Source: Balanoglossus misakiensis | Taxonomy: Eukaryota > Animalia > Hemichordata | Assembly (NCBI GenBank): GCA_040954595.2 | Contig: CM082581.2 | Span: 1,356,699-1,420,698, forward strand | Reading direction: 5' to 3' | DNA: 64,000 nt | Shown here: positions 39,401 to 54,400 of the stretch, one piece after another | How positions within the stretch are numbered: position 1 is the stretch's first letter | Layout of the letters: each line of letters starts with the position of its first letter | Position numbers and translations under genes: made by a program | Notes under the pieces: generated by a model | What the model was told of the DNA's origin: nothing | The model's input: only the letters and a program-made list of their open reading frames with translations | Databases searched by the model: none

Positions 39401-42400
39401 TTTGTTTTCAAAAATGGACGAAATTTTGAGATTTTGCAAAGTCGAAAATTTGTTATTTTTTGATGATTTTCACCCATGTCTTTTTTTAAAAATCGACGAA
39501 ATTTTGAGATTTTGCAAAGAGGAAAATTTGTCATTTTTTCATGATTTTCCCCCATGATTTTTTTCAAAAATCGACGAAATTTTGAGATTTTGCAAAGTCG
39601 ACGAAAATGTGTTATTTTTGATGATTTTCACCCGTTTTTTTTTCAAAATTTTTCATTTTTTGATGGTTTTCACCCATGTTTTTCTAAAAAATCGACGAAC
39701 CCGTGATTTTTTTTCAAAATCGACGAAATTTTGAGATTTTGCAAAATCAAAAATTTGTCATTTTTTTGATGATTTTCACCCATGATTTTTTTTCAAAAAT
39801 CGACGAAATTTTGAGATTTTGCAAAGAGGAAAATTTGTCATTTTTTCATGATTTTCCCCCATGATTTTTTTCAAAAATCGACGAAATTTTGAGATTTTGC
39901 AAAGTCGACGAAAATGTGTCATTTTTTGATGATTTTCACCCGTTTTTTTTTCAAAATTTGTCATTTTTTGATGATTTTCACCCATGTTTTTTTTAAAAAA
40001 ATCGACGAACCTATGATTTGTTTCAAAATCGACGAAATTTTGTGATTTTACAAAGTCGAAAATTTTGTCATTTTTTGATGATTTTCAACCATGATTTTTT
40101 TTCAAAAATCGACGAAAATTTGAGATTTTGCAAAGACGAAAATTTGTCATTTTTGATGATTTTTACCCATGATTTTTTTTCAAAAATGGACGAAATTTTG
40201 AGATTTTGCAAAGACGAAAATTTGTCATTTTTTGATGATTTTCACCCATGATTTTTTTTCAAAAATCGACGAAATTTTGAGATTTTGCAAAGAGGAAAAT
40301 TTGTCATTTTTTCATGATTTTCCCCCATGATTTTTTTAAAAAATCGACGAAATTTTGTGATTTTACAAAGTCGAAAATTTTGTCATTTTTTGATGATTTT
40401 CAACCATGATTTTTTTTCAAAAATCGACGAAAACTTGAGATTTTGCAAAGACGAAAATTTGTCATTTTTGATGATTTTTACCCATGATTTTTTTTCAAAA
40501 ATGGACGAAATTTTGAGATTTTGCAAAGACGAAAATTTGTCATTTTTTCATGATTTTCCCCCATGATTTTTTTAAAAAAATCGACGAAATTTTGTGATTT
40601 TACAAAGTCGAAAATTTTGTCATTTTTTGATGATTTTCAACCATGATTTTTTTTCAAAAATCGACGAAAACTTGAGATTTTGCAAAGACGAAAATTTTGT
40701 CATTTTTGATGATTTTTACCCATGATTTTTTTTCAAAAATGGACGAAATTTTGAGATTTTGCAAAGACGAAAATTTGTCATTTTTTCATGATTTTCCCCC
40801 ATGATTTTTTTAAAAAATCGACGAAATTTTGTGATTTTACAAAGTCGAAAATTTTGTCATTTTTTGATGATTTTCAACCATGATTTTTTTTCAAAAATCG
40901 ACGAAAACTTGAGATTTTGCAAAGACGAAAATTTGTCATTTTTGATGATTTTTACCCATGATTTTTTTTCAAAAATGGACGAAATTTTGAGATTTTGCAA
41001 AGACGAAAATTTGTCATTTTTTGATGATTTTCACCCATGTCTTTTTTTAAAAATCGACGAAATTTTGAGATTTTGCAAAGAGGAAAATTTGTCATTTTTT
41101 CATGATTTTCCCCCATGATTTTTTTCAAAAATCGACGAAATTTTGAGATTTTGCAAAGTCGACGAAAATGTGTCATTTTTTGATGATTTTCACCCGTTTT
41201 TTTTTTCAAAATTTGTCATTTTTTGATGATTTTCACCCATGTTTTTTTTAAAAAAATCGACGAACCTATGATTTGTTTCAAAATCGACGAAATTTTGTGA
41301 TTTTACAAAGTCGAAAATTTTGTCATTTTTTGATGATTTTCAACCATGATTTTTTTTCAAAAATCGACGAAAATTTGAGATTTTGCAAAGACGAAAATTT
41401 GTCATTTTTGATGATTTTTACCCATGATTTTTTTTCAAAAATGGACGAAATTTTGAGATTTTGCAAAGACGAAAATTTGTCATTTTTTGATGATTTTCAC
41501 CCATGATTTTTTTTCAAAAATCGACGAAATTTTGAGATTTTGCAAAGAGGAAAATTTGTCATTTTTTCATGATTTTCCCCCATGATTTTTTTAAAAAATC
41601 GACGAAATTTTGTGATTTTACAAAGTCGAAAATTTTGTCATTTTTTGATGATTTTCAACCATGATTTTTTTTCAAAAATGGACGAAATTTTGAGATTTTG
41701 CAAAGACGAAAATTTGTCATTTTTTGATGATTTTCACCCATGATTTTTTTTCAAAAATCGACGAAATTTTGAGATTTTGCAAAGTCGTAAATGTGTCATT
41801 TTTTGATGATTTTCACCAGTTTTTTTTTTCAAAATTTGTCATTTTTTCATGATTTTCCCCCATGATTTTTTTCAAAAATCGACGAAAATTTGACATTTTG
41901 CAAAGACGAAAATTTGTCATTTTTGATGATTTTTACCCATGATTTTTTTTCAAAAATGGACGAAATTTTGAGATTTTGCAAAGACGAAAATTTGTCATTT
42001 TTTGATGATTTTCACCAATGATTTTTTTTCAAAAAACGACGAAATTTTGAGATTTTGCAGAGGAAAATGTGTCATTTTTTGATGATTTTCACCGTTTTTT
42101 TTTCAAAATTTGTCATTTTTTGATGATTTTCACCCATGTTTTTTTTTTAAAAATCGACGAACCTATGATTTTTTTCAAAATCGACGAAATTTTGTGATTT
42201 TACAAAGTCGAAAATTTTGTCATTTTTTGATGATTTTCAACCATGATTTTTTTTCAAAAATCGACGAAATTTTGAGATTTTGCAAAGAGGAAAATTTGTC
42301 ATTTTTTCATGATTTTCCCCCATGATTTTTTTAAAAAATCGACGAAATTTTGTGATTTTACAAAGTCGAAAATTTTGTCATTTTTTGATGATTTTCAACC

Positions 42401-45400
42401 ATGATTTTTTTTCAAAAATCGACGAAAACTTGAGATTTTGCAAAGACGAAAATTTTGTCATTTTTGATGATTTTTACCCATGATTTTTTTTCAAAAATGG
42501 ACGAAATTTTGAGATTTTGCAAAGACGAAAATTTGTCATTTTTTCATGATTTTCCCCCATGATTTTTTTAAAAAATCGACGAAATTTTGAGATTTTGCAA
42601 AGTCGACGAAAATGTGTCATTTTTTGATGATTTTCACCCGTTTTTTTTTCAAAATTTGTCATTTTTTGATGATTTTCACCCATGTTTTTTTTAAAAAAAT
42701 CGACGAACCTATGATTTGTTTCAAAATCGACGAAATTTTGTGATTTTACAAAGTCGAAAATTTTGTCATTTTTTGATGATTTTCAACCATGATTTTTTTT
42801 CAAAAATCGACGAAAATTTGAGATTTTGCAAAGACGAAAATTTGTCATTTTTGATGATTTTTACCCATGATTTTTTTTCAAAAATGGACGAAATTTTGAG
42901 ATTTTGCAAAGACGAAAATTTGTCATTTTTTGATGATTTTCACCCATGATTTTTTTTCAAAAATCGACGAAATTTTGAGATTTTGCAAAGAGGAAAATTT
43001 GTCATTTTTTCATGATTTTCCCCCATGATTTTTTTAAAAAATCGACGAAATTTTGTGATTTTACAAAGTCGAAAATTTTGTCATTTTTTGATGATTTTCA
43101 ACCATGATTTTTTTTCAAAAATGGACGAAATTTTGAGATTTTGCAAAGACGAAAATTTGTCATTTTTTGATGATTTTCACCCATGATTTTTTTTCAAAAA
43201 TCGACGAAATTTTGAGATTTTGCAAAGTCGTAAATGTGTCATTTTTTGATGATTTTCACCAGTTTTTTTTTTCAAAATTTGTCATTTTTTCATGATTTTC
43301 CCCCATGATTTTTTTCAAAAATCGACGAAAATTTGACATTTTGCAAAGACGAAAATTTGTCATTTTTGATGATTTTTACCCATGATTTTTTTTCAAAAAT
43401 GGACGAAATTTTGAGATTTTGCAAAGACGAAAATTTGTCATTTTTTGATGATTTTCACCAATGATTTTTTTTCAAAAAACGACGAAATTTTGAGATTTTG
43501 CAGAGGAAAATGTGTCATTTTTTGATGATTTTCACCGTTTTTTTTTCAAAATTTGTCATTTTTTGATGATTTTCACCCATGTTTTTTTTTTAAAAATCGA
43601 CGAACCTATGATTTTTTTCAAAATCGACGAAATTTTGTGATTTTACAAAGTCGAAAATTTTGTCATTTTTTGATGATTTTCAACCATGATTTTTTTTCAA
43701 AAATCGACGAAATTTTGAGATTTTGCAAAGAGGAAAATTTGTCATTTTTTCATGATTTTCCCCCATGATTTTTTTAAAAAATCGACGAAATTTTGTGATT
43801 TTACAAAGTCGAAAATTTTGTCATTTTTTGATGATTTTCAACCATGATTTTTTTTCAAAAATCGACGAAAACTTGAGATTTTGCAAAGACGAAAATTTGT
43901 CATTTTTGATGATTTTTACCCATGATTTTTTTTCAAAAATGGACGAAATTTTGAGATTTTGCAAAGACGAAAATTTGTCATTTTTTCATGATTTTCCCCC
44001 ATGATTTTTTTAAAAAATCGACGAAATTTTGTGATTTTACAAAGTCGAAAATTTTGTCATTTTTTGATGATTTTCAACCATGATTTTTTTTCAAAAATCG
44101 ACGAAAACTTGAGATTTTGCAAAGACGAAAATTTTGTCATTTTTGATGATTTTTACCCATGATTTTTTTTCAAAAATGGACGAAATTTTGAGATTTTGCA
44201 AAGACGAAAATTTGTCATTTTTTCATGATTTTCCCCCATGATTTTTTTAAAAAATCGACGAAATTTTGTGATTTTACAAAGTCGAAAATTTTGTCATTTT
44301 TTGATGATTTTCAACCATGATTTTTTTTCAAAAATCGACGAAAACTTGAGATTTTGCAAAGACGAAAATTTGTCATTTTTGATGATTTTTACCCATGATT
44401 TTTTTTCAAAAATGGACGAAATTTTGAGATTTTGCAAAGACGAAAATTTGTCATTTTTTGATGATTTTCACCCATGTCTTTTTTTAAAAATCGACGAAAT
44501 TTTGAGATTTTGCAAAGAGGAAAATTTGTCATTTTTTCATGATTTTCCCCCATGATTTTTTTCAAAAATCGACGAAATTTTGAGATTTTGCAAAGTCGAC
44601 GAAAATGTGTCATTTTTTGATGATTTTCACCCGTTTTTTTTTCAAAATTTGTCATTTTTTGATGATTTTCACCCATGTTTTTTTTAAAAAAATCGACGAA
44701 CCTATGATTTGTTTCAAAATCGACGAAATTTTGTGATTTTACAAAGTCGAAAATTGTGTCATTTTTTGATGATTTTCAACCATGATTTTTTTTCAAAAAT
44801 CGACGAAAATTTGAGATTTTGCAAAGACGAAAATTTGTCATTTTTGATGATTTTTACCCATGATTTTTTTTCAAAAATGGACGAAATTTTGAGATTTTGC
44901 AAAGACGAAAATTTGTCATTTTTTGATGATTTTCACCCATGATTTTTTTTCAAAAATCGACGAAATTTTGAGATTTTGCAAAGAGGAAAATTTGTCATTT
45001 TTTCATGATTTTCCCCCATGATTTTTTTAAAAAATCGACGAAATTTTGTGATTTTACAAAGTCGAAAATTTTGTCATTTTTTGATGATTTTCAACCATGA
45101 TTTTTTTTCAAAAATCGACGAAAACTTGAGATTTTGCAAAGACGAAAATTTGTCATTTTTGATGATTTTTACCCATGATTTTTTTTCAAAAATGGACGAA
45201 ATTTTGAGATTTTGCAAAGACGAAAATTTGTCATTTTTTGATGATTTTCACCCATGATTTTTTTTCAAAAATCGACGAATTTTGAGATTTTGCAAAGTCG
45301 TAAATGTGTCATTTTTTGATGATTTTCACCAGTTTTTTTTTTCAAAATTTGTCATTTTTTCATGATTTTCCCCCATGATTTTTTTCAAAAATCGACGAAA

Positions 45401-48400
45401 ATTTGAGATTTTGCAAAGACGAAAATTTGTCATTTTTGATGATTTTTACCCATGATTTTTTTTCAAAAATGGACGAAATTTTGAGATTTTGCATAGACGA
45501 AAATTTGTCATTTTTTGATGATTTTCACCAATGATTTTTTTTCAAAAAACGACGAAATTTTGAGATTTTGCAGAGGAAAATGTGTCATTTTTTGATGATT
45601 TTCACCGTTTTTTTTTTCAAAATTTGTCATTTTTTGATGATTTTCACCCATGTTTTTTTTTTAAAAATCGACGAACCTATGATTTTTTTCAAAATCGACG
45701 AAATTTTGTGATTTTACAAAGTCGAAAATTTTGTCATTTTTTGAGGATTTTCAACCATGATTTTTTTTCAAAAATCGACGAAAATTTGAGATTTTGCAAA
45801 GACGAAAATTTGTCATTTTTGATGATTTTTACCCATGATTTTTTTTCAAAAATGGACGAAATTTTGAGATTTTGCAAAGACGAAAATTTGTCATTTTTTG
45901 ATGATTTTCACCCATGATTTTTTTTCAAAAATCGACGAAATTTTGAGATTTTGCAGAGAGGAAAATTTGTCATTTTTTCATGATTTTCCCCCATGATTTT
46001 TTTCAAAAATCGACGAAATTTTGAGATTTTGCAAAGTCGAAAATTTGTCATTTTTTGATGATTTTCACCCATGATTTTTTCAAAAATTGACGAAATGTTG
46101 AGATTTTGCAAAGTCGAAAATTTGTCATTTTTTGATGATTTTCACCCATGATTTTTTTCAAAAAGGGACGAAATTTTGAGATTTTGCAAAGTCGTAAATG
46201 TGTCATTTTTTGATGATTTTCACCAGTTTTTTTTTTCAAAATTTGTCATTTTTTCATGATTTTCCCCCATGATTTTTTTCAAAAATCGACGAAAATTTGA
46301 GATTTTGCAAAGACGAAAATTTGTCATTTTTGATGATTTTTACCCATGATTTTTTTTCAAAAATGGACGAAATTTTGAGATTTTGCAAAGACGAAAATTT
46401 GTCATTTTTTGATGATTTTCACCAATGATTTTTTTTCAAAAAACGACGAAATTTTGAGATTTTGCAGAGGAAAATGTGTCATTTTTTGATGATTTTCACC
46501 GTTTTTTTTTTCAAAATTTGTCATTTTTTGATGATTTTCACCCATGTTTTTTTTTTAAAAATCGACGAACCTATGATTTTTTTCAAAATCGACGAAATTT
46601 TGTGATTTTACAAAGTCGAAAATTTTGTCATTTTTTGAGGATTTTCAACCATGATTTTTTTTCAAAAATCGACGAAAATTTGAGATTTTGCAAAGACGAA
46701 AATTTGTCATTTTTGATGATTTTTACCCATGATTTTTTTTCAAAAATGGACGAAATTTTGAGATTTTGCAAAGACGAAAATTTGTCATTTTTTGATGATT
46801 TTCACCCATGATTTTTTTTCAAAAATCGACGAAATTTTTAGATTTTGCAAAGTCGAAAATTTGTCATTTTTTGATGATTTTCACCCATGATTTTTTTCAA
46901 AAAGGGACGAAATTTTGAGATTTTGCAAAGTCGAAAATTTGTCATTTTTTGATGATTTTCACCCATGATTTTTTTCAAAAATCGACGAAATGTTGAGATT
47001 TTGCAAAGTCGAAAATTTGTCATTTTTTGATGATTTTCACCCATGATTTTTTTCAAAAATCGACGAAATTTTGAGATTTTGCAAAGTCGAAAATTTGTCA
47101 TTTTTTGATGATTTTCACCCATGATTTTTTCAAAAATTGACGAAATTTTGAGATTTTGCAAAGTCGAAAATTTTGTCATTTTTTGATGATTTTTCAACCA
47201 TGATTTTTTTTCAAAAATCGACGAAAATTTGAGATTTTGCAAAGATGAAAATTTGTCATTTTTGATGATTTTTACCCATAAGTTTTTTTCAGAAATGGAC
47301 GAAATTTTGAGATTTTGCAAAGACGAAAATTTGTCATTTTTTGATGATTTTCACCCATGATTTTTTTTAAAAAATCGACGAAATTTTGAGATTTTGCAAA
47401 GTCGAAAATGTGTCATTTTTTGATGATTTTCACCCGTTTTTTTTTTCAAAATTTGTCATTTTTTGATGATTTTTACCCATGATTTTTTTTCAAAAATGGA
47501 CGAAATTTTGAGATTTTGCAAAGTCGAAAATTTGTTATTTTTTGATGATTTTCACCCATGTCTTTTTTTAAAAATCGACGAACTTTTGAGATTTTGCAAA
47601 GAGGAAAATTTGTCATTTTTTTCATGATTTTCCCCCATGATTTTTTTCAAAAATCGACGAAATTTTGAGATTTTGCAAAGTCGACGAAAATGTGTCATTT
47701 TTTGATGATTTTCACCCGTTTTTTTTCAAAAATCGACGAAATTTTGAGATTTTGCAAAATCGAAAATTTGTCATTTTTTGATGATTTTCACCTATGATTT
47801 TTTTCAAAAATCAACAAAATTTTGAGATTTTGCAAAGTCGAAAATTTGTCATTTTTGATGATTTTTACCCATGATTTTTTTTCAAAAATGGACGAAATTT
47901 TGAGATTTTGCAAAGACGAAAATTTGTCATTTTTTGATGATTTTCACCCATGATTTTCTTTCAAAAATCGACGAAATTTTTAGATTTTGCAAAGTCGAAC
48001 ATTTGTCATTTTTTGATGATTTTTACCCATTTTTTTATTTAAAAAAATCGACGAACCCATGATTTTTTTCAAAACCGACGAAATTTTGAGATTTTGCAAA
48101 GTCGAAAATTTGTCATTTTTTGATGATTTTCACCCATGATTTTTTTCAAAAATCGACGAAATTTTGAGATTTTGCAGTCAAAAATGTGTCATTTTTTGAT
48201 GATTTTCACCCATATTATTTTTCAAATACCGACGAAATTTTGAGATTTTGCAAAGACGAAAATTTGTCATTTTTTGATGATTTACACCCATGATTTTTTC
48301 AAAAATTGACGAAATTTTGAGATTTTGCAAAGTCGAAAATTTGTCATTTTTTGATGATTTTCACCCATGATTTTTTTCAAAAATCGACGAAATTTTGAGA

Positions 48401-51400
48401 TTTTGCAAAGTCGAAAATTTGTCATTTTTTGATGATTTTCCCCCGTTTTTTTTTTAAAATGGACGAAAACTTGAGATTTTGCAAATACGAAAATTTGTCA
48501 TTTTTTGATGATTTTCACCCATGATTTTTTCAAAAATTGACGAAATTTTGAGATTTTGCAAAGTCGAAAATTTGTCATTTTTTGATGATTTTCACACACG
48601 ATTTTTTTCAAAAATCGACGAAATTGTGAGATTTTGCAAAGACGAAAATTTGTCATTTTTTGATGATTTTTACCCATGATTTTTTTTCAAAAATGGACGA
48701 AATTTTGAGATTTTGCCAAGTCGAAAATTTGTTATTTTTTGATGATTTTCACCCATGTCTTTTTTTAAAAATCGACGAAATTTTGAGATTTTGCAGAGGA
48801 AAATTTGTCATTTGTTCATGATTTTCCCCCATGATTTTTTTCAAAAATCGACGAAATTTTGAGATTTTGCAAAGTCGACGAAAATGTGTCATTTTTTGAT
48901 GATTTTTACCCATGATTTTTTTTCAAAAATGGACGAAATTTTGAGGTTTTGCAAAGTCGAAAATTTGTCATTTTTTGATGATTTTCACACATGATTTTTT
49001 TCAAAAATGGACGAAATTTTGAGATTTTGCAAAGTCGAAAATTTGTCATTTTTTGATGATTTTCCCCCATGATTTTTTTTCAAAAATGGACGAAATTTTG
49101 AGATTTTGCAAAGACGAAAATTTGTCATTTTTTGATGATTTTCACCCATGATTTTTTTTCAAAAATCGACGAAATTTTGAGATTTTGCAAAGTCGAAAAT
49201 GTGTCATTTTTTGATGATTTTCACCCGTTTTTTTTCAAAATTTGTCATTTTTTGATGATTTTCACCCATGATTTTTTTTCAAAAATCGACGAAATTTTGA
49301 GATTTTGCAAAGTCGAAAATGTGTCATTTTTTGATGATTTTCACCCATGATTTTTTTCAAAAATCGACGAAATTTTGAGATTTTGCGAAGTCGAAAATTT
49401 GTCATTTTTTGATGATTTTCACCCATGATTTTTTTCAAAAATCGACGAAATGTTGAGATTTTGCAAAGTCGAAAATTTGTCATTTTTTGATGATTTTCAC
49501 CCATGATTTTTTTCAAAAATCGACGAAATGTTGAGATTTTGCAAAGTCGAAAATTTTGTCATTTTTTGATGATTTTCAACCATGATTTTTTTCAAAAATC
49601 GACTAAATGTTGAGATTTTGCAAAGTCGAAAATGTGTCATTTTTTGATGATTTTCACCCGTTTTTTTTTCAAAATTTGTCATTTTTTCATGATTTTCAAC
49701 CATGATTTTTTTTCAAAAATCGACGAAATTTTGTGATTTTACAAAGTCGAAAATTTTGTCATTTTTTGATGATTTTCAACCATGATTTTTTTTCAAAAAT
49801 CGACGAAAATTTGAGATTTTGCAAAGACGAAAATTTGTCATTTTTGATGATTTTTACCCATGATTTTTTTTCAAAAATGGACGAAATTTTGAGATTTTGC
49901 AAAGACGAAAATTTGTCATTTTTTGATGATTTTCACCCATGATTTTTTTTCAAAAATCGACGAAATTTTGAGATTTTGCAAAGTCGTAAATGTGTCATTT
50001 TTTGATGATTTTCACCAGTTTTTTTTTTCAAAATTTGTCATTTTTTCATGATTTTCCCCCATGATTTTTTTCAAAAATCGACGAAAATTTGAGATTTTGC
50101 AGAGACGAAAATTTGTCATTTTTTATGATTTTTACCCATGATTTTTTTTCAAAAATGGACGAAATTTTGAGATTTTGCAAATACGAAAATTTGTCATTTT
50201 TTGATGATTTTCACCCATGATTTTTTTTCAAAAAACGACGAAATTTTGAGATTTTGCAAAGAGGAAAATTTGTCATTTTTTCATGATTTTCACCCATGAT
50301 TTTTTTCAAAAATCGACGAAATTTTGAGATTTTGCAAAGAGGAAAATTTGTCATTTTTTCATGATTTTCCCCCATGATTTTTTTCAAAAATCGACGAAAA
50401 TTTGAGATTTTGCAAAGACGAAAATTTGTCATTTTTGATGATTTTACCCATGATTTTTTTTCAAAAATGGACGAAATTTTGAGATTTTGCAAAGACGAAA
50501 ATTTGTCATTTTTTGATGATTTTCACCAATGATTTTTGTTCAAAAAACGACGAAATTTTGAGATTTTGCAGAGGAAAATGTGTCATTTTTTGATGATTTT
50601 CACCCGTTTTTTTTTTCAAAATTTGTCATTTTTTGATGATTTTCTCCCATGATTTTTTTCAAAAATTGACGAAATTTTGAGATTTTGCAAAGTCGAAAAT
50701 TTGTCATTTTTTGATGATTTTCACCCATGTTTTTTTTCAAAAATCGACGAAATTTTGAGATTTTGCAAAGTCGAAAATTTGTCATTTTTTGATGATTTTC
50801 CCCCATGTTTTTTTTTTTAAATGGACGAAATTTTGAGATTTTGCAAAGACGAAAATTTGTTATTTTTTGATGATTTTCACCCATGATTTTTTCAAAAATT
50901 GACGAAATTTTGTGATTTTGCAAAGTCGAAAATTTGTCATTTTTGATGATTTTCACACATGATTTTTTTCAAAAATCGACGAAATTGTGAGATTTTGCAA
51001 AGACGAAAATTTGTCATTTTTTGATGATTTTCACCCATGATTTTTTTTCAAAAAACGACGAAATTTTGAGATTTTGCAAAGAGGAAAATTTGTCATTTTT
51101 TCTTGATTTTCACCCATGATTTTTTTCAAAAATCGACGAAATTTTGAGATTTTGCAAAGAGGAAAATTTGTCATTTTTTCATGATTTTCCCCCATGATTT
51201 TTTTCAAAAATCGACGAAAATTTGAGATTTTGCAAAGACGAAAATTTGTCATTTTTGATGATTTTTACCCATGATTTTTTTTCAAAAATGGACGAAATTT
51301 TGAGATTTTGCAAAGACGAAAATTTGTCATTTTTTGATGATTTTCACCAATGATTTTTGTTCAAAAAACGACGAAATTTTGAGATTTTGCAGAGGAAAAT

Positions 51401-54400
51401 GTGTCATTTTTTGATGATTTTCACCCGTTTTTTTTTCAAAATTTGTCATTTTTTGATGATTTTCTCCCATGATTTTTTTCAAAAATTGACGAAATTTTGA
51501 GATTTTGCAAAGTCGAAAATTTGTCATTTTTTGATGATTTTCACCAATGTTTTTTTTCAAAAATCGACGAAATTTTGAGATTTTGCAAAGTCGAAAATTT
51601 GTCATTTTTTGATGATTTTCCCCCATGTTTTTTTTTTTAAATGGACGAAATTTTGAGATTTTGCAAAGACGAAAATTTGTTATTTTTTGATGATTTTCAC
51701 CCATGATTTTTTCAAAAATTGACGAAATTTTGAGATTTTGCAAAGTCGAAAATTTGTCATTTTTGATGATTTTCACACATGATTTTTTTCAAAAATCGAC
51801 GAAATTGTGAGATTTTGCAAAGACGAAAATTTGTCATTTTTTGATGATTTTTACCCATGATTTTTTTTCAAAAATGGACGAAATTTTGAGGTTTTGCAAA
51901 GTCGAAAATTTGTCATTTTTTGATGATTTTCACACATGATTTTTTTCAAAAATGGACGAAATTTTGAGATTTTGCAAAGTCGAAAATTTGTCATTTTTTG
52001 ATGATTTTCCCCCATGATTTTTTTTCAAAAATGGACGAAATTTTGAGATTTTGCAAAGACGAAAATTTGTCATTTTTTGATGATTTTCACCCATGATTTT
52101 TTTTCAAAAATCGACGAAATTTTGAGATTTTGCAAAGTCGAAAATGTGTCATTTTTTGATGATTTTCACCCGTTTTTTTTCAAAATTTGTCATTTTTTGA
52201 TGATTTTCACCCATGATTTTTTTTCAAAAATCGACGAAATTTTGAGATTTTGCAAAGTCGAAAATGTGTCATTTTTTGATGATTTTCACCCATGATTTTT
52301 TTCAAAAATCGACGAAATTTTGAGATTTTGCGAAGTCGAAAATTTGTCATTTTTTGATGATTTTCACCCATGATTTTTTTCAAAAATCGACGAAATGTTG
52401 AGATTTTGCAAAGTCGAAAATTTGTCATTTTTTGATGATTTTCACCCATGATTTTTTTCAAAAATCGACGAAATGTTGAGATTTTGCAAAGTCGAAAATT
52501 TTGTCATTTTTTGATGATTTTCAACCATGATTTTTTTCAAAAATCGACTAAATGTTGAGATTTTGCAAAGTCGAAAATGTGTCATTTTTTGATGATTTTC
52601 ACCCGTTTTTTTTTCAAAATTTGTCATTTTTTCATGATTTTCAACCATGATTTTTTTTCAAAAATCGACGAAATTTTGTGATTTTACAAAGTCGAAAATT
52701 TTGTCATTTTTTGATGATTTTCAACCATGATTTTTTTTCAAAAATCGACGAAAATTTGAGATTTTGCAAAGACGAAAATTTGTCATTTTTGATGATTTTT
52801 ACCCATGATTTTTTTTCAAAAATGGACGAAATTTTGAGATTTTGCAAAGACGAAAATTTGTCATTTTTTGATGATTTTCACCCATGATTTTTTTTCAAAA
52901 ATCGACGAAATTTTGAGATTTTGCAAAGTCGTAAATGTGTCATTTTTTGATGATTTTCACCAGTTTTTTTTTTCAAAATTTGTCATTTTTTCATGATTTT
53001 CCCCCATGATTTTTTTCAAAAATCGACGAAAATTTGAGATTTTGCAGAGACGAAAATTTGTCATTTTTTATGATTTTTACCCATGATTTTTTTTCAAAAA
53101 TGGACGAAATTTTGAGATTTTGCAAATACGAAAATTTGTCATTTTTTGATGATTTTCACCCATGATTTTTTTTCAAAAAACGACGAAATTTTGAGATTTT
53201 GCAAAGAGGAAAATTTGTCATTTTTTCATGATTTTCACCCATGATTTTTTTCAAAAATCGACGAAATTTTGAGATTTTGCAAAGAGGAAAATTTGTCATT
53301 TTTTCATGATTTTCCCCCATGATTTTTTTCAAAAATCGACGAAAATTTGAGATTTTGCAAAGACGAAAATTTGTCATTTTTGATGATTTTACCCATGATT
53401 TTTTTTCAAAAATGGACGAAATTTTGAGATTTTGCAAAGACGAAAATTTGTCATTTTTTGATGATTTTCACCAATGATTTTTGTTCAAAAAACGACGAAA
53501 TTTTGAGATTTTGCAGAGGAAAATGTGTCATTTTTTGATGATTTTCACCCGTTTTTTTTTTCAAAATTTGTCATTTTTTGATGATTTTCTCCCATGATTT
53601 TTTTCAAAAATTGACGAAATTTTGAGATTTTGCAAAGTCGAAAATTTGTCATTTTTTGATGATTTTCACCCATGTTTTTTTTCAAAAATCGACGAAATTT
53701 TGAGATTTTGCAAAGTCGAAAATTTGTCATTTTTTGATGATTTTCCCCCATGTTTTTTTTTTTAAATGGACGAAATTTTGAGATTTTGCAAAGACGAAAA
53801 TTTGTTATTTTTTGATGATTTTCACCCATGATTTTTTCAAAAATTGACGAAATTTTGTGATTTTGCAAAGTCGAAAATTTGTCATTTTTGATGATTTTCA
53901 CACATGATTTTTTTCAAAAATCGACGAAATTGTGAGATTTTGCAAAGACGAAAATTTGTCATTTTTTGATGATTTTTACCCATGATTTTTTTTCAAAAAT
54001 GGACGAAATTTTGAGGTTTTGCAAAGTCGAAAATTTGTCATTTTTTGATGATTTTCACACATGATTTTTTTCAAAAATCGACGAAATTGTGAGATTTTGC
54101 AAAGACGAAAATTTGTCATTTTTTGATGATTTTTACCCATGATTTTTTTTCAAAAATGGACGAAATTTTGAGGTTTTGCATAGTCGAAAATTTGTTATTT
54201 TTTGATGATTTTCACCCATGTCTTTTTTTAAAAATCGACGAAATTTTGAGATTTTGCAAAGAGGAAAATTTGTCATTTTTTCATGATTTTCCCCCATGAT
54301 TTTTTTCAAAAATCGACGAAATTTTGAGATTTTGCAAAGTCGACGAAAATGTGTCATTTTTTGATGATTTTCAACCGTTTTTTTTTCAAAATTTGTCATT

